Shown here in pieces: positions 51,884 through 64,000 of a stretch of DNA of 64,000 nt. The position numbers and the translations under genes were made by a program. The notes under the pieces are model-generated. The model was given only the letters and a program-made list of their open reading frames with translations, did no database searches and had not been told where the DNA came from. Source of the DNA: Leucoraja ocellata (lineage: Eukaryota); assembly GCA_036785375.1 (NCBI GenBank), contig JAWMAR010001091.1, positions 310,001 through 374,000 of the forward strand, in the 5' to 3' direction. Numbering within the stretch: the first letter of the stretch is position 1; the number at the start of each line of letters is the position of its first letter.

Positions 51884-52012
51884 CAAATTGATTACAAGAT
51901 TGGTAATGCTTGTAAATCAGATCCAGCTCAATGGTTAATTTCCAGTAAACCTTTGCATTTTCAATCACAATTTGTGTCGCTTATTGATTAAAACTATAAA
52001 GGAATAATCAGT

Positions 52013-52225
52013 AGGTACACAAAAAAGCTGGAGAAACTCAGCGGGTGCAGCAGCATCTATGGAGCGAAGGAAATAGGCAACGTTTCGGGCCGAAACCCTT
52101 CTTCAACGTTTCGGCCTGAAACGTTGCCTATTTCCTTCGCTCCATAGATGCTGCTGCACCCGCTGAGTTTCTCCAGCTTTTTTGTGTACCTTCGATTCTC
52201 CAGCACCTGCAGTTCCTTCTTAAAC
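52013..52225. mobile_element. Very young fold-back pLTR element (84-bp arms, 1 mismatch)
   Basis: Arms at 52013-52096 and 52108-52191, 34-nt unpaired tail at 52192-52225, and 14-bp direct repeat aaggaataatcagt (51999-52012 and 52226-52239). Confidence 0.85.
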
Positions 52226-52397
52226 AAGGAATAATCAGTGATGTGATTGGGGATTGACCAAAGTTGAAAACCACAATATGCAAAGAAGTGGAATGGCTGC
52301 AATAAAACAAACTGAAGGCAAAACTAAATTGTAAACTTTAAGAAGTTGCTGGAAATGTACAATTTGAATTTGCTTCTACCATAATTTTCCCTGGTAA

Positions 52398-52705
52398 TTT
52401 TAGAGTTTGGAGATACAGCGAAGAGACAGGCTCTTTGAACCACCGAGTTGACGTCGACCATCGAACACCTGTCCATTAGTTCCATATTATTCCACATTTG
52501 CATGCTACACGCTAGGAGCAATCTACCGAAGCCAATTAACCTACAAACCTGCATGTCTTTCGAATGAGGGAGGAAACTGGAGCGCTCGGAGAAAACTGAC
52601 ACGGTCACAGGAAGAACGTACAAGCTCCACAAAGACAGCATCTGTAGTCAGGACCAAACCCGGGTCTCTGGAGCTGCAAGGCAGCAGCCCTACCGCTGTA
52701 CCACC
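52398..52705 (-). mobile_element. tRNA-derived SINE
   Basis: Same family motifs. Confidence 0.8.
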
Positions 52706-54551
52706 TTAATTAAGCAGGGAAATTCTGCTCACAGACCTTGCATCACACTAGAAGTCTTTCTGAATAATGAGACCATACATCAGAATACAGATTTCACATT
52801 TGCATGGAAAGTAGCCGAAAGCAGTTACTTAGAAAATAAAATTACAAGCAATTAGATGTAATGTTATTTCAAATGTGATTTTATGAGCTTTTATTAAGAA
52901 AACGCACCAAATAATGTTTTAATGATTTGATTTTGTTTTTGAACATTTCTAAATGTCAGGGGCAGTCAGAAACATTGTGGCATAAGCCCTCAACACCATA
53001 GATGGTTTAATCAGTAGGGTCAGATGATAATATTTCCAGCAAATTATCCTTGCATGTACATTTGTGTAAGTGCAGGGCAATTGGGTATCAATTCACAATT
53101 TTGATTTCTTATTCTAATCTGCAACTCGCCAAAGAGTAGAATCAACTACCCTTTTTAGTATTTTGCTTTGCCTATTCTTAACAGCTTGTCCATTCCTGAT
53201 AGTTTTCATGCATTAACCATATTGCTGTTGGTATGAGCCACATATAGGCCAGAATAAGTTTGGTCATATTTTCTTTCATAAAAGGCCATTAGTAAACCAC
53301 ATAGATCACTATGACAATTTAAGTTGCAGACTGCATCAGTCTGAAGAAAGGGCTCGACTCAAAATGTCACCTATTCCTTCGCTCCATAAATTCTGCCTCA
53401 CCCACTGAGTTTCTCCAGCTTTTTTGCCAACCTTCGAATTTCCCAGCATCTGCAGTTCTTTCTTAAACATATTAATTTAAGTAGTCACTTTTGCTGACAT
53501 TAACTTTGTTTCGGATTCCCATCATCTGCAGCATTTTAGTTTTATACAGCTAATATTGCCATCTTTATATTTCAGATTTTCTTTAATTGAACTGAAACGT
53601 TAGTGCTCTGGATTAAAATTTGTAATACCCGTCTAGAAGAATGACAACTAAGCAAATGTAGATTGCAATTAATTAAACTTGTATGTATACAAGTAAAATA
53701 TATGTTACATTTACATTTCAATCCGTCTGGAGAAGAGCCCTAACCCAAAACATCTCCTATCCATGTTTCCAGGGATGCTGCCTTACCCACAAAATTACTC
53801 CAGCAATTTATCTTCCTATTTTTTGGAAACCAACATCTGCATTTCCTTTTTTCCACTGTTTATATATTTCAATTAATATTTTAAATATTGGCTTAACCAG
53901 TTCAAAAAGAGATATTAAAAAAAGTGTATTACGCAATCTTTAAAAATACAGATAAATGACCAGTAACGAGACTGGAAAGTTTTAAGAAAACTTCCTATTA
54001 TGTGTAAAGAGGTCTGGCTGGCCAATATTAACTTGAATGAAATGAAATACTGAGACTGCTCCAGTTCAATATTAAAAAATACATCTCTCTGGGGCTTTCA
54101 ATCTGCCAAGACGTTCTCCCCAATGACAATGACCACTGAATACAGAGATGAACTGTTCCCTCGTGCAGTAGATAATAATCAAAACAACAAGGCCACCCAC
54201 TGTTTTGCTGGATTCGTTCACACTGTAATTGCGTTATCCTACAATTTTCCTCATGACTGTGGGTACGCACACACAGAGCAAAATCTAAATGTAACCAATG
54301 AAGCATGTGGACAATTTAAAGAGGGCAATTGAAGAGATATCCATTTGGAAGCTAGTGGCAAATATTTCATATTTATTATTTTTATACAATTCTTTCCAGT
54401 GTGGTAATTGAAATAAAAACTAAAAGTGATATAATTTTGAATTAGTCAGCACCAGCACGGAAATCAGGAGTATTTTATTATCACATGCACCAAACTGGAA
54501 CAATATAACTCTTACTAGCTACAGCACAACAGATTACTAAACACAGTACTC

Positions 54552-54757
54552 AATAGGTCATTGAGGTCTGGAATGAGACCTCAATTGAGAACTGGAAACA
54601 TGCGACGCCTGTATGGTCGTGAGTAGTCGCCCTAAGAGTCGTACCTTTATCTGGTCGCCGCTGGATTTTCAACATGTTGAAAATTTTCGGCGATCTGCTG
54701 CGACTATGACGGGTGCCGGCAGTCGCCGAAAAAAATCGTGTAAATGGGACAGGCACT
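54552..54757. mobile_element. Truncated MITE (right TIR only)
   Basis: Ends ...aaatgggacaggcact-TAA. Internal palindrome attttcaacatgttgaaaat and a CpG-rich interior. Confidence 0.65.
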
Positions 54758-57121
54758 TAAGGCAAGAAGGCCAAACCAAACATTTCATTAACTTTGCTTC
54801 CAAATACTAGGAAATTATACCATTCATTTCAGCAGAAAGCAATTAACAGAGATCCCATGGAAGTGCCACGATGTCAACTTTCCATCTATTCCTGTCCTCT
54901 TCCATCTACATGTAAGTAATCCTCTCAAAAGTATAAAATGTTGATAGGAAAAAAATCAATTGACATCTGTTGGTATTAATAAACATTCTATTATACCCAT
55001 GAGATTAATAGTGTTTATAATATTCAAATTAAAATTGCTTTTGCAAACAATATATTATTTATTTTAAAAATTCAAGTCTAACACAATTTAGTACGAGCTC
55101 TATTATTGGTCTTGCATGGAGCAAAATAGCGTGCCGTATAAATATAAATCAGGAAAAGTACTTCTGGGTAAGCCTAAAACCAGTTAGCTCCTATTATACA
55201 CGAGACTAATTAAAGTCACCATCTGCTTCAACTTTGCATGCTAAGTTCCAATTTCCTGTTATTTCACATATGTTGTACAGTAATGGCACTTATTTTCATC
55301 AGGAGCTGGGACGTTTGTCAGACGTTATCTGGTTGTCATCATAGCCACCAGAATTAAGCAACGATGTTATCTATTCTAATAGGTTTTGCTCTCATGTCTC
55401 TACTATGCATGGCTCAGAGCGTTTAATGCAGATTTGCCACAAATCTGGTTTCAACATGCTTCATTTCTCACTTGCGTTAAGAAATAAACAAACCTGACAC
55501 AAAGACCGCTTCTCTTGTGCAACAGAATTCCACGTATACAAGTTTGTCCAGAATGCATAAAAAAATGAATAGTTTGAAAATAAGGTAATGTTTGGTCCAT
55601 TCTCAAATCCATCTTCGTTTAAAACATATACGCAGTATGCTGAAAGCATTTGTCCAATTTTATACATTAGAATTTTTTTTTTTTTTTTAAACTGGCTTTC
55701 CAATGTTTTTCAGCCAAGGGGCCTCTTACATAAAAGTGTTTCATAACCCTGGCACAACTAAGTATTTCTCCCACTTCTCCTCCAGAAGCGTTCTCCTTTC
55801 TCCTCCTTCATTGCTGCTTTTTCACTCTGTTTTTATGTTCCCACCTGTGGAAACTACTCTCATCCCTCAATCATTTCCGCTACGTAACGTGCATCATTTT
55901 TATCGGGCGGCATAGATTGTTTTCCCATATTATATTCCCAATGTACCATTGTCTTGCACTTGCGACTTCTATTTCAGCTGCAGGTGAAGAACTAAGTCTG
56001 CTAGTTTCACTGAGACTTTAACACTGCATAACACCTAAATTCATACATCACAGAAGCCCCAACTAAGCTAGAACTATTTGCCCGCATCCGGCCCATATCC
56101 TTCTAAATATCCCCCTATTTCCTCTCTGACCCTTCCAGTTTTCTTTCCCCCAACCCCTGCAATGTCTGAAGAAGGATCCCAAGCCGAAACATCACCTATC
56201 CATGTTCTTCAGGGATTCTGCCTGACCCGATGAGTTACTTCAGCATTTGTGTCTTACCTTGGTAAACCAGCATCTACAGTTCATTATCTTAACATTCCCA
56301 CTAAATCTTTCCTATCCACGTACCTGTCCAAGTGCCTTTAAATGTTGTTATTGTACCCATCTCAACTACCTCTTCAGGCACTTGTATGTTTTTCATGCAA
56401 GATCTTAATATCATAACAGTTAATAAAACTTTTTTAAAGCAAAGTAAAGTAAATGCTGGAATCCTGAATTAAAGGCAGAAACATCAGCCGCTTCCTTTCT
56501 CCACAACTACTAACTGGTCCTCTGCGGATTTCCAATCCATTACAACAAATCTGCAGAATGTTACCTGGTAATGTTTGTAAAATGGGGACATTGCTCATCA
56601 TCTCTTTTATCTTTCCCATTTGTCTATCTGAAAATCTGTGGTTCAAAGAATGATCATTCACTTGTCTCACCCCGAAGAGAAAGGACAAATCTTGAGTCAT
56701 TTCATCAAATGAGCACAAGAATCTGCTGTAACCCAATTGTAAGACAGCAATATCTGTTTGGGGTGTTTTAATTTTCTTCCAGTTTCTTCATTGCAATTTA
56801 GAGTGCATATAAATATGTTAAACTGTTTAAAGAAAATTAATTCAGGACAGAACTATCGCATATTTGACAACAGCTTTAAATTGAGAGGGGCAAAGTTTAA
56901 AGGAGGCGTGTAGGGTAGGTTTTCTTACACAGAGGTGTGAGTGCCTGGAAGGCAGTACTGGTGTGTGGTGGTGGAAGAAGGTACACTAGTGGCATGGAAG
57001 AGGCTTTTGGGTAGGCACGTGGATATACAGAGAATGGAGGGGTATGCATTATGTGCAGGCAGGTAAAAGTTGGTCTTGGAATCATGTTCGGTATAGACCT
57101 TTTTAGTTTTTTAATTTTATG

Positions 57122-57628
57122 GTTTTAGAGATACCGTGCGGAAACAGCCCCTTCGATCCACTGAAAAATCTGCGCCGCCCAACGATCCCCGCACATTAAC
57201 TCTAACCTACACACATTAGAGACAATTTACATTTATACAAAGCCAACTAACTTACAAAGCTAAACGTCTTCGGAGTGTGGGAGGAAACTGAAGGTCTTGG
57301 AGAAAACCCACGCAGGGAGAACATACAAACTCCGTACAGAGAGCACCCATCGTAAGGATCGAACCTGGGTCTCTGGCGCTGCAAGCGCTGTAAAGGGCCT
57401 GTCCCACTTTCACGACCTAATTCACGACATTTTTTACTCGTGGACATCCTTCGTCATGTTGAAAAAAACGCCCCGACCTACTTGATGCCACGAGTACCTA
57501 CGACCTCCTACGACCTCGTGAAGACCATGCTGTGAGTACGAGTCAAGGGCAAACTCGGCAGAGGTTGTGAATTCGATTGTGAAAGTGGGATAGGCCCTTA
57601 AGGCAGCAACTCTACCGCTGTACACCCC
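57122..57628 (-). mobile_element. tRNA-derived SINE interrupted by a MITE and itself inserted in a CR1 3' end
   Basis: The SINE motif gctgTAAggcagc is split by the MITE at 57394-57598. Confidence 0.8.
57394..57598. mobile_element. PIF/Harbinger-like MITE
   Basis: TIRs agggcctgtcccactttcac / gtgaaagtgggataggccct. TAA duplicated at 57391-57393 and 57599-57601. Confidence 0.85.
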
Positions 57629-58759
57629 ACATGGGCTCATGGGCCATCAGGCCTGTTTCTGCACTGTACTCTTCGAAGATCATTGTTGATTATCTGCAGC
57701 AGTGGCCCGTCGACCTCGTATACATGGTCATCCCTTCCACAGTTTAAAATTAATATAACCTTCACGAAGGCTGTATAGGTGGTAATACCTACTCTTGTTT
57801 TAGTCCATGCCGAGGCTTAAAATAAATGACTCCAATGTCTGGATCTAAGATGCAGGAAGAAGGAGCAAGTCTCCAGGGTTCATTATGGAAAGACGAGAGA
57901 GGGATTATGAGATATCACTAAGTAAAAAAAATGTAGAGCAAGTAGATTTGGCAACAGAAGACAGGAAATTACATCTGGAGTCAATCTTGGAAGATAAAGG
58001 TGGTGGTCAATATTTCTATGCGAATTAATAATTGTTTTTCATATTTCTATTATGTTAAGGATAAGAGCTGGCACAACAACGCAATGTCACAAAAGGTTCT
58101 TGCAAAACAGATTTTGTTTATGCTATTAAGCCAACTCAAAAATGACATTACCTGGATGACCAGGGGGAATTGATTTATTTTGGGGTCTGGAATCTGTTTT
58201 CTTTGAATGTGATTCTGTTATTGGACACGAGAAGTGTTTGCTATAAATATACACTACCACAGCCATAAAAATGTACAAAACCACTAGGGCCCAAGCATTC
58301 AATAACACTTAAAATCACTAGATACGATTAAATCTAATTAAATCCTACTGGTTAGGATGAAATCTAATTAGCTCAATTATCTGAAAAATTATCGTTACCC
58401 AAAAGTCCCTTTTCCTCTACTTTTCAATCAGAAATATTCAAACATTGAAACTCCTTGAAATTGTTTTAACAGTCTCTAACTGGGGAATGGTGTAGATGGC
58501 GATGGGGTGGAGGAAACATGTGGTGGCTTTGCTGGATATCAAAGCTTTTCTGTGAACAGGGCTGCCACTTACCGCCAGAGCCCTAATCACAAAGGGCTCC
58601 GACTCCACTCAATCATCACCAAATCCAGTTACTGCTTTCTGTGAGGTGCCCTTAATATGCCATGCCCAGTGTATCAAAAGCCCAGTGTACAATGCTGCTC
58701 ATCGGTCAACTCTCTCATAAACCGCGGATGGGGTGACGTTCATATTAGTTACACAGTAC

Positions 58760-58903
58760 CTTTGATAGGACCTTTCCATTCGCTATCACGGTGATGAGAC
58801 CTGCGCAGCAAACCAGTGCGCTAGAGCTAGAAAGTCCTGAGCTCGCTGGGATCGTACCATCAACCATACAGTTTATTCCACTGGAAATAGGGTTAAAATG
58901 CTC
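58760..58903 (-). CDS. GALK2: GALK2 coding exon (equivalent to human exon 5), GHMP kinase ATP-binding motif
   Basis: Translates to [48 protein letters not shown] (PxxSGLSSS motif). Acceptor tcatcag|GAG, donor AAG|gtactg. 144 nt, phase 0-0. I found no earlier exons in the window. Confidence 0.95.
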
Positions 58904-61900
58904 CTGATGAAACAAAAATCGTGCATTTTTGTATCTGTGCAAATAAAACATAAATCCTATTTCATATCTGAAAGTTTTAGCATGCATTTATTCTAAAGTA
59001 TTTAATCACAATGTAGTGCAATAATGAGACATTTAATATTAAAGACCTGGGGTCAGAATTTATTGACAGCCGCACTCGTACAACGATCGACTACGCCTGA
59101 ATGTACCATCCGTAAAGTCCACCAGTGAGAAATTATTTGCAGAAGCTATCCTTTCCTTATAAATTAGGCACTGTAAAGCTTTTGCGCCACATTTCTAACA
59201 CGTGACAGGAGCATTTAGTCTCTGACCTTTCTCAAGCTGCAGAAACTTTTATCATGTGTGGGATCAATGGCAAGCAAAGTGCTGTGAGCCTCAGCCTTTT
59301 TATTCGACATTATGTCCAAACCATTACTTCTGAGAAATACCCGCCCTCCCAATAATTCAGTTAATTATAACTTATCAAATGCTGCTCTCCCTGTACATTT
59401 ACAATCAAGTTTAATATTTAGATTGGCTCAGTGGTGCAACGATAGATCAGAAAAGGTCAAATTCCCTATCCGAGTCTTCTTAATTCACATCAGTCAGTGA
59501 AATGCTAGAGGAGTGGCAATTGTGCAGACTTTATGCATTAGAATTGGGAAAAACCGACTTCAGATTGCAAGAGATGCATATCTTTGGGAACATTGGGCAA
59601 GGTCTACATTGGGATGAGCTGGATGCTAACAAAGTATGAACCACAGAGATGCAAGAAACTGTATATGTGCAAATTTGGAGCAAAACACAAAGTGCTTTGT
59701 AAACTCAGCTGGTCAAGCAACATCCGTGGAGAAAATTGATAAGCACCATTTTGGGTCAAGTTCTGAAGAAGGGTCAGATCAAGGGTCTTGATCTGAAATG
59801 GCGTAAATCCGTTTCCCCCACAGATGCTGCCTGATCCACAAAGTATGGACATCTGAAAGAAAATCTGGAAAAAGAAATTTAACACTAGGTGACAGAAGTA
59901 GCCAGTATGTAAGTGCAAGGAATACACTTTCCTAAAATATAACCCCTAATTTCTCTCCACTGCAACAGAGAAAGCAAAGGGAGAGTCTCAACAGTTTGTT
60001 CAAAAGTGTCACAATAGATATCACGAGATTTAAAAAAAAATTAAATCATTGCTTTACGCTTGCCGAATAATTTTTTTAATGGTATTTAAACTGCATCTAG
60101 TAAGTACTGTTTTACAATTGCCAAGACCGCATGTGTTCAAAAATTGTGAAAGATGGCAGCAATACGAGGTCAGCCTACATGAAATATAAAATGTAGAATA
60201 ATTATATGAAATTATTAAGGGAATAGGAAGCAAAGACTGACATGGGCCTAGATGGAAATGAGATACTGTTCCTCATCTAGTCTCAATAATTTTAGATTTT
60301 CATAATTCATGTTACCATTTTAAAGTATTTAACTAATAGTGATTTATGAAATACTGCTCAGAAATTCAATGAAATCATATCTGCAGAACTCCTTTTGTCT
60401 GTAAGCTTGATACTGTTTGCAAATTCACTCATTTACCAAAGTATTATCTATTCTGCACAAATCAGTGTTCACAGCCCTAAAATGGTCCATAACTAATATT
60501 TCCAATCATTCGGCAAAATGATTGATAATTATATATATGTTTGTGTGAGTATGAATACATAAATATACACTAAACTTTTTTTTCTTTTTCTTCTTTTTTT
60601 CCTCTCGCTTTTCATATTGTTTACAGAGTACTATGTTTCCATATTCTGTTGTGCTGCAACAAGTAAGAATTTTGTTGTTCTATCTGGGACATATGACAAT
60701 AAAACACTCTTGACTCAAACCAGCCTCCTGCCATTACACAGTTCTTCCTCATGGCTATACTTAAATGCTCCCCAAACATCTACCTTGAATACATTTCACA
60801 GTTCTTGCTTGGCCTTTTAACTTAATTTAATTGTGTTATTTCCAAAGTGTGCCCCATGTGAGTGAAACGGCCAAATATTTTGTAGGTACATGGTAACCCT
60901 GCTTAACCTTCATTACGAAAAATCAAATAACAATAGTTACTGCCAAATATAAATATCCATTTGTGGAAAAATAGAAATTACATGAAATGAGGTCAGGCCA
61001 CTCAAAGCGCGATACACTTTTAACCTTCATAGCAGAGATTCCGTGACAGTACTATTTTCCCATAGCCAGTTAAAATTGGCTGGGTTGGGGAGGAAAATAC
61101 AATTATGGGTAATATATTTTACTCCAGAGTAAACTGGATATTTAAGTCTTAAGATTTGTTTTTAGGGTCAGGACAGTTGCACAAATAATAATAATACGGA
61201 AATGTGTCTAGTGACCAAAAATGTTGCCCTTTGCCAATATACATAAGCACAAAGAATCCCTTGGATATAGCTATTTGTTGGCACAAATAGGCAAAAAGTA
61301 ATAGAAATTCTTGACATTTTCAGCAGAAAACAATCAAGTCTATTTTATAGAGCTCTACCCTGCTGACATGCAAGTATAAAGTTTCAAATTATTTACAGAA
61401 AATATAAAAATCCACTGAAAATAACATTTTGTTATAAAAATTAGTAATGTTCCCATAGCAGTTTGCGAGCAAATTACGAGTTGATATATATATGGATGCC
61501 AGATATTTTGTCCTAGAGAACTCCAGCCAAATCTAGAATGAAAAAAAAGGTTTGAGCAATATGTCTGGGCAGCACTGATCCACAGGGTTCGGCCCTTGCA
61601 TGGATGTAGCTTATAAAACTATCACGCAATGTTTCACAAAGTGCTTTGGTTTCAGCAAATAAAGTCTGCCAAGTATTGCTCTACTCGTATCCCAGTGGAG
61701 TTAGAAATTCAAATTAATATAAACAGGCTATACCCTTGGAACCTTTTAACACTCCTACTTTAGTCTGCAGTGTTTCAAACTACTTTAGGGACCTGCTTGG
61801 TTGTGCAAAAACCCGAGTTATGCAATCCCCCCCCCTCCCATCCCAGCATTGTGTACTGATATTATGCATAATGTGGGCTCTCAAATGAGTTTGAGGTTTT

Positions 61901-62924
61901 AGTCTGCAATTTCTCCCATTAAAAATCTCTAATCCATGCGAACGGTTGCCAAATAAAAGGGAAACACTTACTCCGTGGATGGGAATAATTATAATGGAAC
62001 TAAACCAGTGCAGGTTTCAGAACAATTCCTCAGATGTGGTTCAAGAATGTCATCAAGAGACATCCAGAACCAAGTCATGGTGAACATTAAAAACACTATT
62101 TGCTCGAGCACAAGGAAGAGTGAAGTCCCAACCAGCTGTTTCTCTCCCTAGAATACAATGACTGATCATTTGCATGGTTAAGGAACTGACTGCTGGCAAT
62201 ATCGGTACAGTTGCGCTTGTTCGAGCTTTCCCGTCCCGTATATTAATTGCTAACTCTTTTCAGGCATTTTCCCCACTGGGATCAAACATTTATTTCCACC
62301 CAAAGCTGCAAAATTAAGATGCCAGAACAAAGTTAAAGGAAACTTTAAATCAACCAAATTACTAGTTTACCATTGTTTTCAGAACTTTGTAAGTATCCAA
62401 AAATTGCTAATGTGGCATCCAAATGTAATCCTGTTCCACATATGGTGAGAGCACACACACCGCAAAGGAAGTCTTTCCTTGATCGGACTTTGCTGGCTTT
62501 ACCTTGCACTGAACGTTATTCCCTTGTACTGTACTATAAATGTACCATAATACACTGTACATACACTGTGAATGGCTCGATTGTAATCATGTATTGTCTT
62601 ACTACCACTGGATAGCATGCAACAAAAGCTTTTCCCTGTACCTCGGTACATGTGACTATGTAAACTAAACTAAGCCATAAACAGGAATTACTTTCACTAT
62701 TCACTGGGATGCTAAACACACATCGCCAGAGATCAACTATGTTTTGTGGAAAGACTGTTGGTCTCTTTTCAAATTTATTTAATCATGTTTAAGTTAGACT
62801 CAATGACTGAAATTGGAGAAAGAAAAATATACATAGGTGCTGCCATTCATTAGTTAGTGCAGCATACAATTCTTTCTCTGTTTCATACCACCCAAATAGT
62901 CTTGCAATATCTTCCCTTCAAGTG

Positions 62925-63126
62925 TTCAAGATGGAACTGCAGATGCTGGAAAATCGAAGGTACACAAAAAAGCTGGAGAAACTCAGCGGGTGCAGCAGCA
63001 TCTATGGAGCGAAGGAAATAGGCAACATTTCAGGCCGAAACCCTTCTTCAGAAGAAGGGTTTCAGCCCGAAACGTTGCCTATTTCCTGCGCTCCATAGAT
63101 GCTGCTGCACCTGCTGAGTTTCTTCA
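62925..63126. mobile_element. Young fold-back pLTR element (UUCG subfamily)
   Basis: Inverted arms joined at cccttcttcagaagaaggg, with the tail on the left arm. Confidence 0.8.
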
Positions 63127-64000
63127 TTAAAAGTGTCTAATTAATGAACATCTTGATTTATCACTCACCTTCCCATTTCTACCTTACTTTGAAGTGAATT
63201 ATCCTTATCAAGTGCTGTGCTTTAACACTCATTATTTAAAAGCGGCCATTTTGTCTTCCAATATATTTATCTCATGCTCAATAGATAAATATTGTTCTGC
63301 CCGTAATAGACCAATCGAAATGTGGATTTGGAAAGAAAGCCAATGACTCCTTCCCCATCTTGCAGGAATATTTCTGCAACAATGGGAAGGCAGGTACCCA
63401 TGTTGAGGTACTTCCTCAAAGGAATCCCAGGAATACATTTGCATTATAAACGCTACATGTTCGTAAAGATTTTTTATAGCGAGTCACTTTTAAACAGTAT
63501 TTCATTTGTATGTCTATGAATTCAATGAACACTTCTAGTTTAAGACGTGGATATATCAGCTGAAATATTTCATCCACTAAACAACAATTTGAAACAAATC
63601 AAATTAGTATTATCTTGGCATCTATCTGGTAAATTACCCATGTATGCATTGTGCACAAAAACAGATCATGTATAATGCAGTCATTTGCTACCCTATCAAT
63701 CTCTTAATCATCAGTTAGCTACTGGAGGTATTATAAATAGCAACAGCGAGTGACACTTTTTCCAATTAGGTCCCCTGATGTTCAGTTTGGATCTGTCAGA
63801 AACACATTTCTAAATAAATCACAGCTTTTGTCCAAACGTGGATAGAAGAAATGCAGGCCAAGGATGACAAGAGAGATGTTCCCCTCAACATCAATACAGC
63901 ATTCAGCCAATTATGTAGAAATACATCACAGCAAAACACACATAATGTGATGAAAGGAAAATTCTCTGGAGACTCTGTTATTCATACTAAAAAGAAAGCA

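Larger units (their letters stand above)
44526..59840. repeat. Span containing further dispersed pLTR copies (about 44526-44657, 46915-47090, 47955-48100, 50895-51077, 53335-53470, 53725-53855, 56115-56295, 59640-59840)
   Basis: Each shares the gatgctgcctg..ctgagtt(a/c)ctccagca / ccagcatctgcagttc motifs. Others lie at about 2080, 12385, 17022, 23350, 27060, 31460, 40775 and 41290. The span is not one continuous element. Confidence 0.7.

Noticed and set aside
52013-52191. Long hairpin as a pre-miRNA, terminator or DNA-transposon MITE
   Set aside because: The arms are copies of a dispersed retroelement end with an asymmetric tail and variable 10-16 bp duplications. Small-RNA production is not excluded but cannot be shown from sequence.
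63322-63519. Possible GALK2 exon 4 (LRYFLKGIPG superficially like NYFLCG..GIQ)
   Set aside because: It is on the wrong strand and lacks suitable splice sites. Exons 1-4 probably lie beyond the window.
1-64000. CRISPR array or prokaryotic operon-like system
   Set aside because: The repeats are dispersed, irregularly spaced and in both orientations. The sequence is intron-rich vertebrate DNA with no long ORFs.

Overview
This is eukaryotic genomic DNA from a vertebrate. The repeat families point to a cartilaginous fish, most likely a skate or ray (inference). It holds the 3' halves of two convergent multi-exon genes. On the minus strand are six GALK2 (N-acetylgalactosamine kinase) coding exons (58903 down to the stop at 26534), all GT-AG and phase-compatible. 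On the plus strand are the last exons of a FAM227B orthologue (17896 to about 26279), matching the GALK2/FAM227B(/FGF7) synteny I recall from mammals. One FAM227B intron (18057-22607) is a U12-type AT-AC minor-spliceosome intron. The rest is intronic and rich in repeats: tRNA-derived V-SINE/HE1-like SINEs, CR1 and Rex1/Babar-like LINE 3' fragments, PIF/Harbinger-like MITEs with TAA target duplications, and a G-rich minisatellite. The most striking class is about 25-30 short Penelope-derived (pLTR) elements carrying a minimal hammerhead-ribozyme-like core (CUGAAGA-A-stem II-GAAA-CGUY). Many are fold-back hairpins whose inversion point lies at the ribozyme core. Almost all entries in the ORF track are spurious. 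Exon boundaries were read base by base; repeat boundaries are approximate. All homology calls are by recall and no searches were run.
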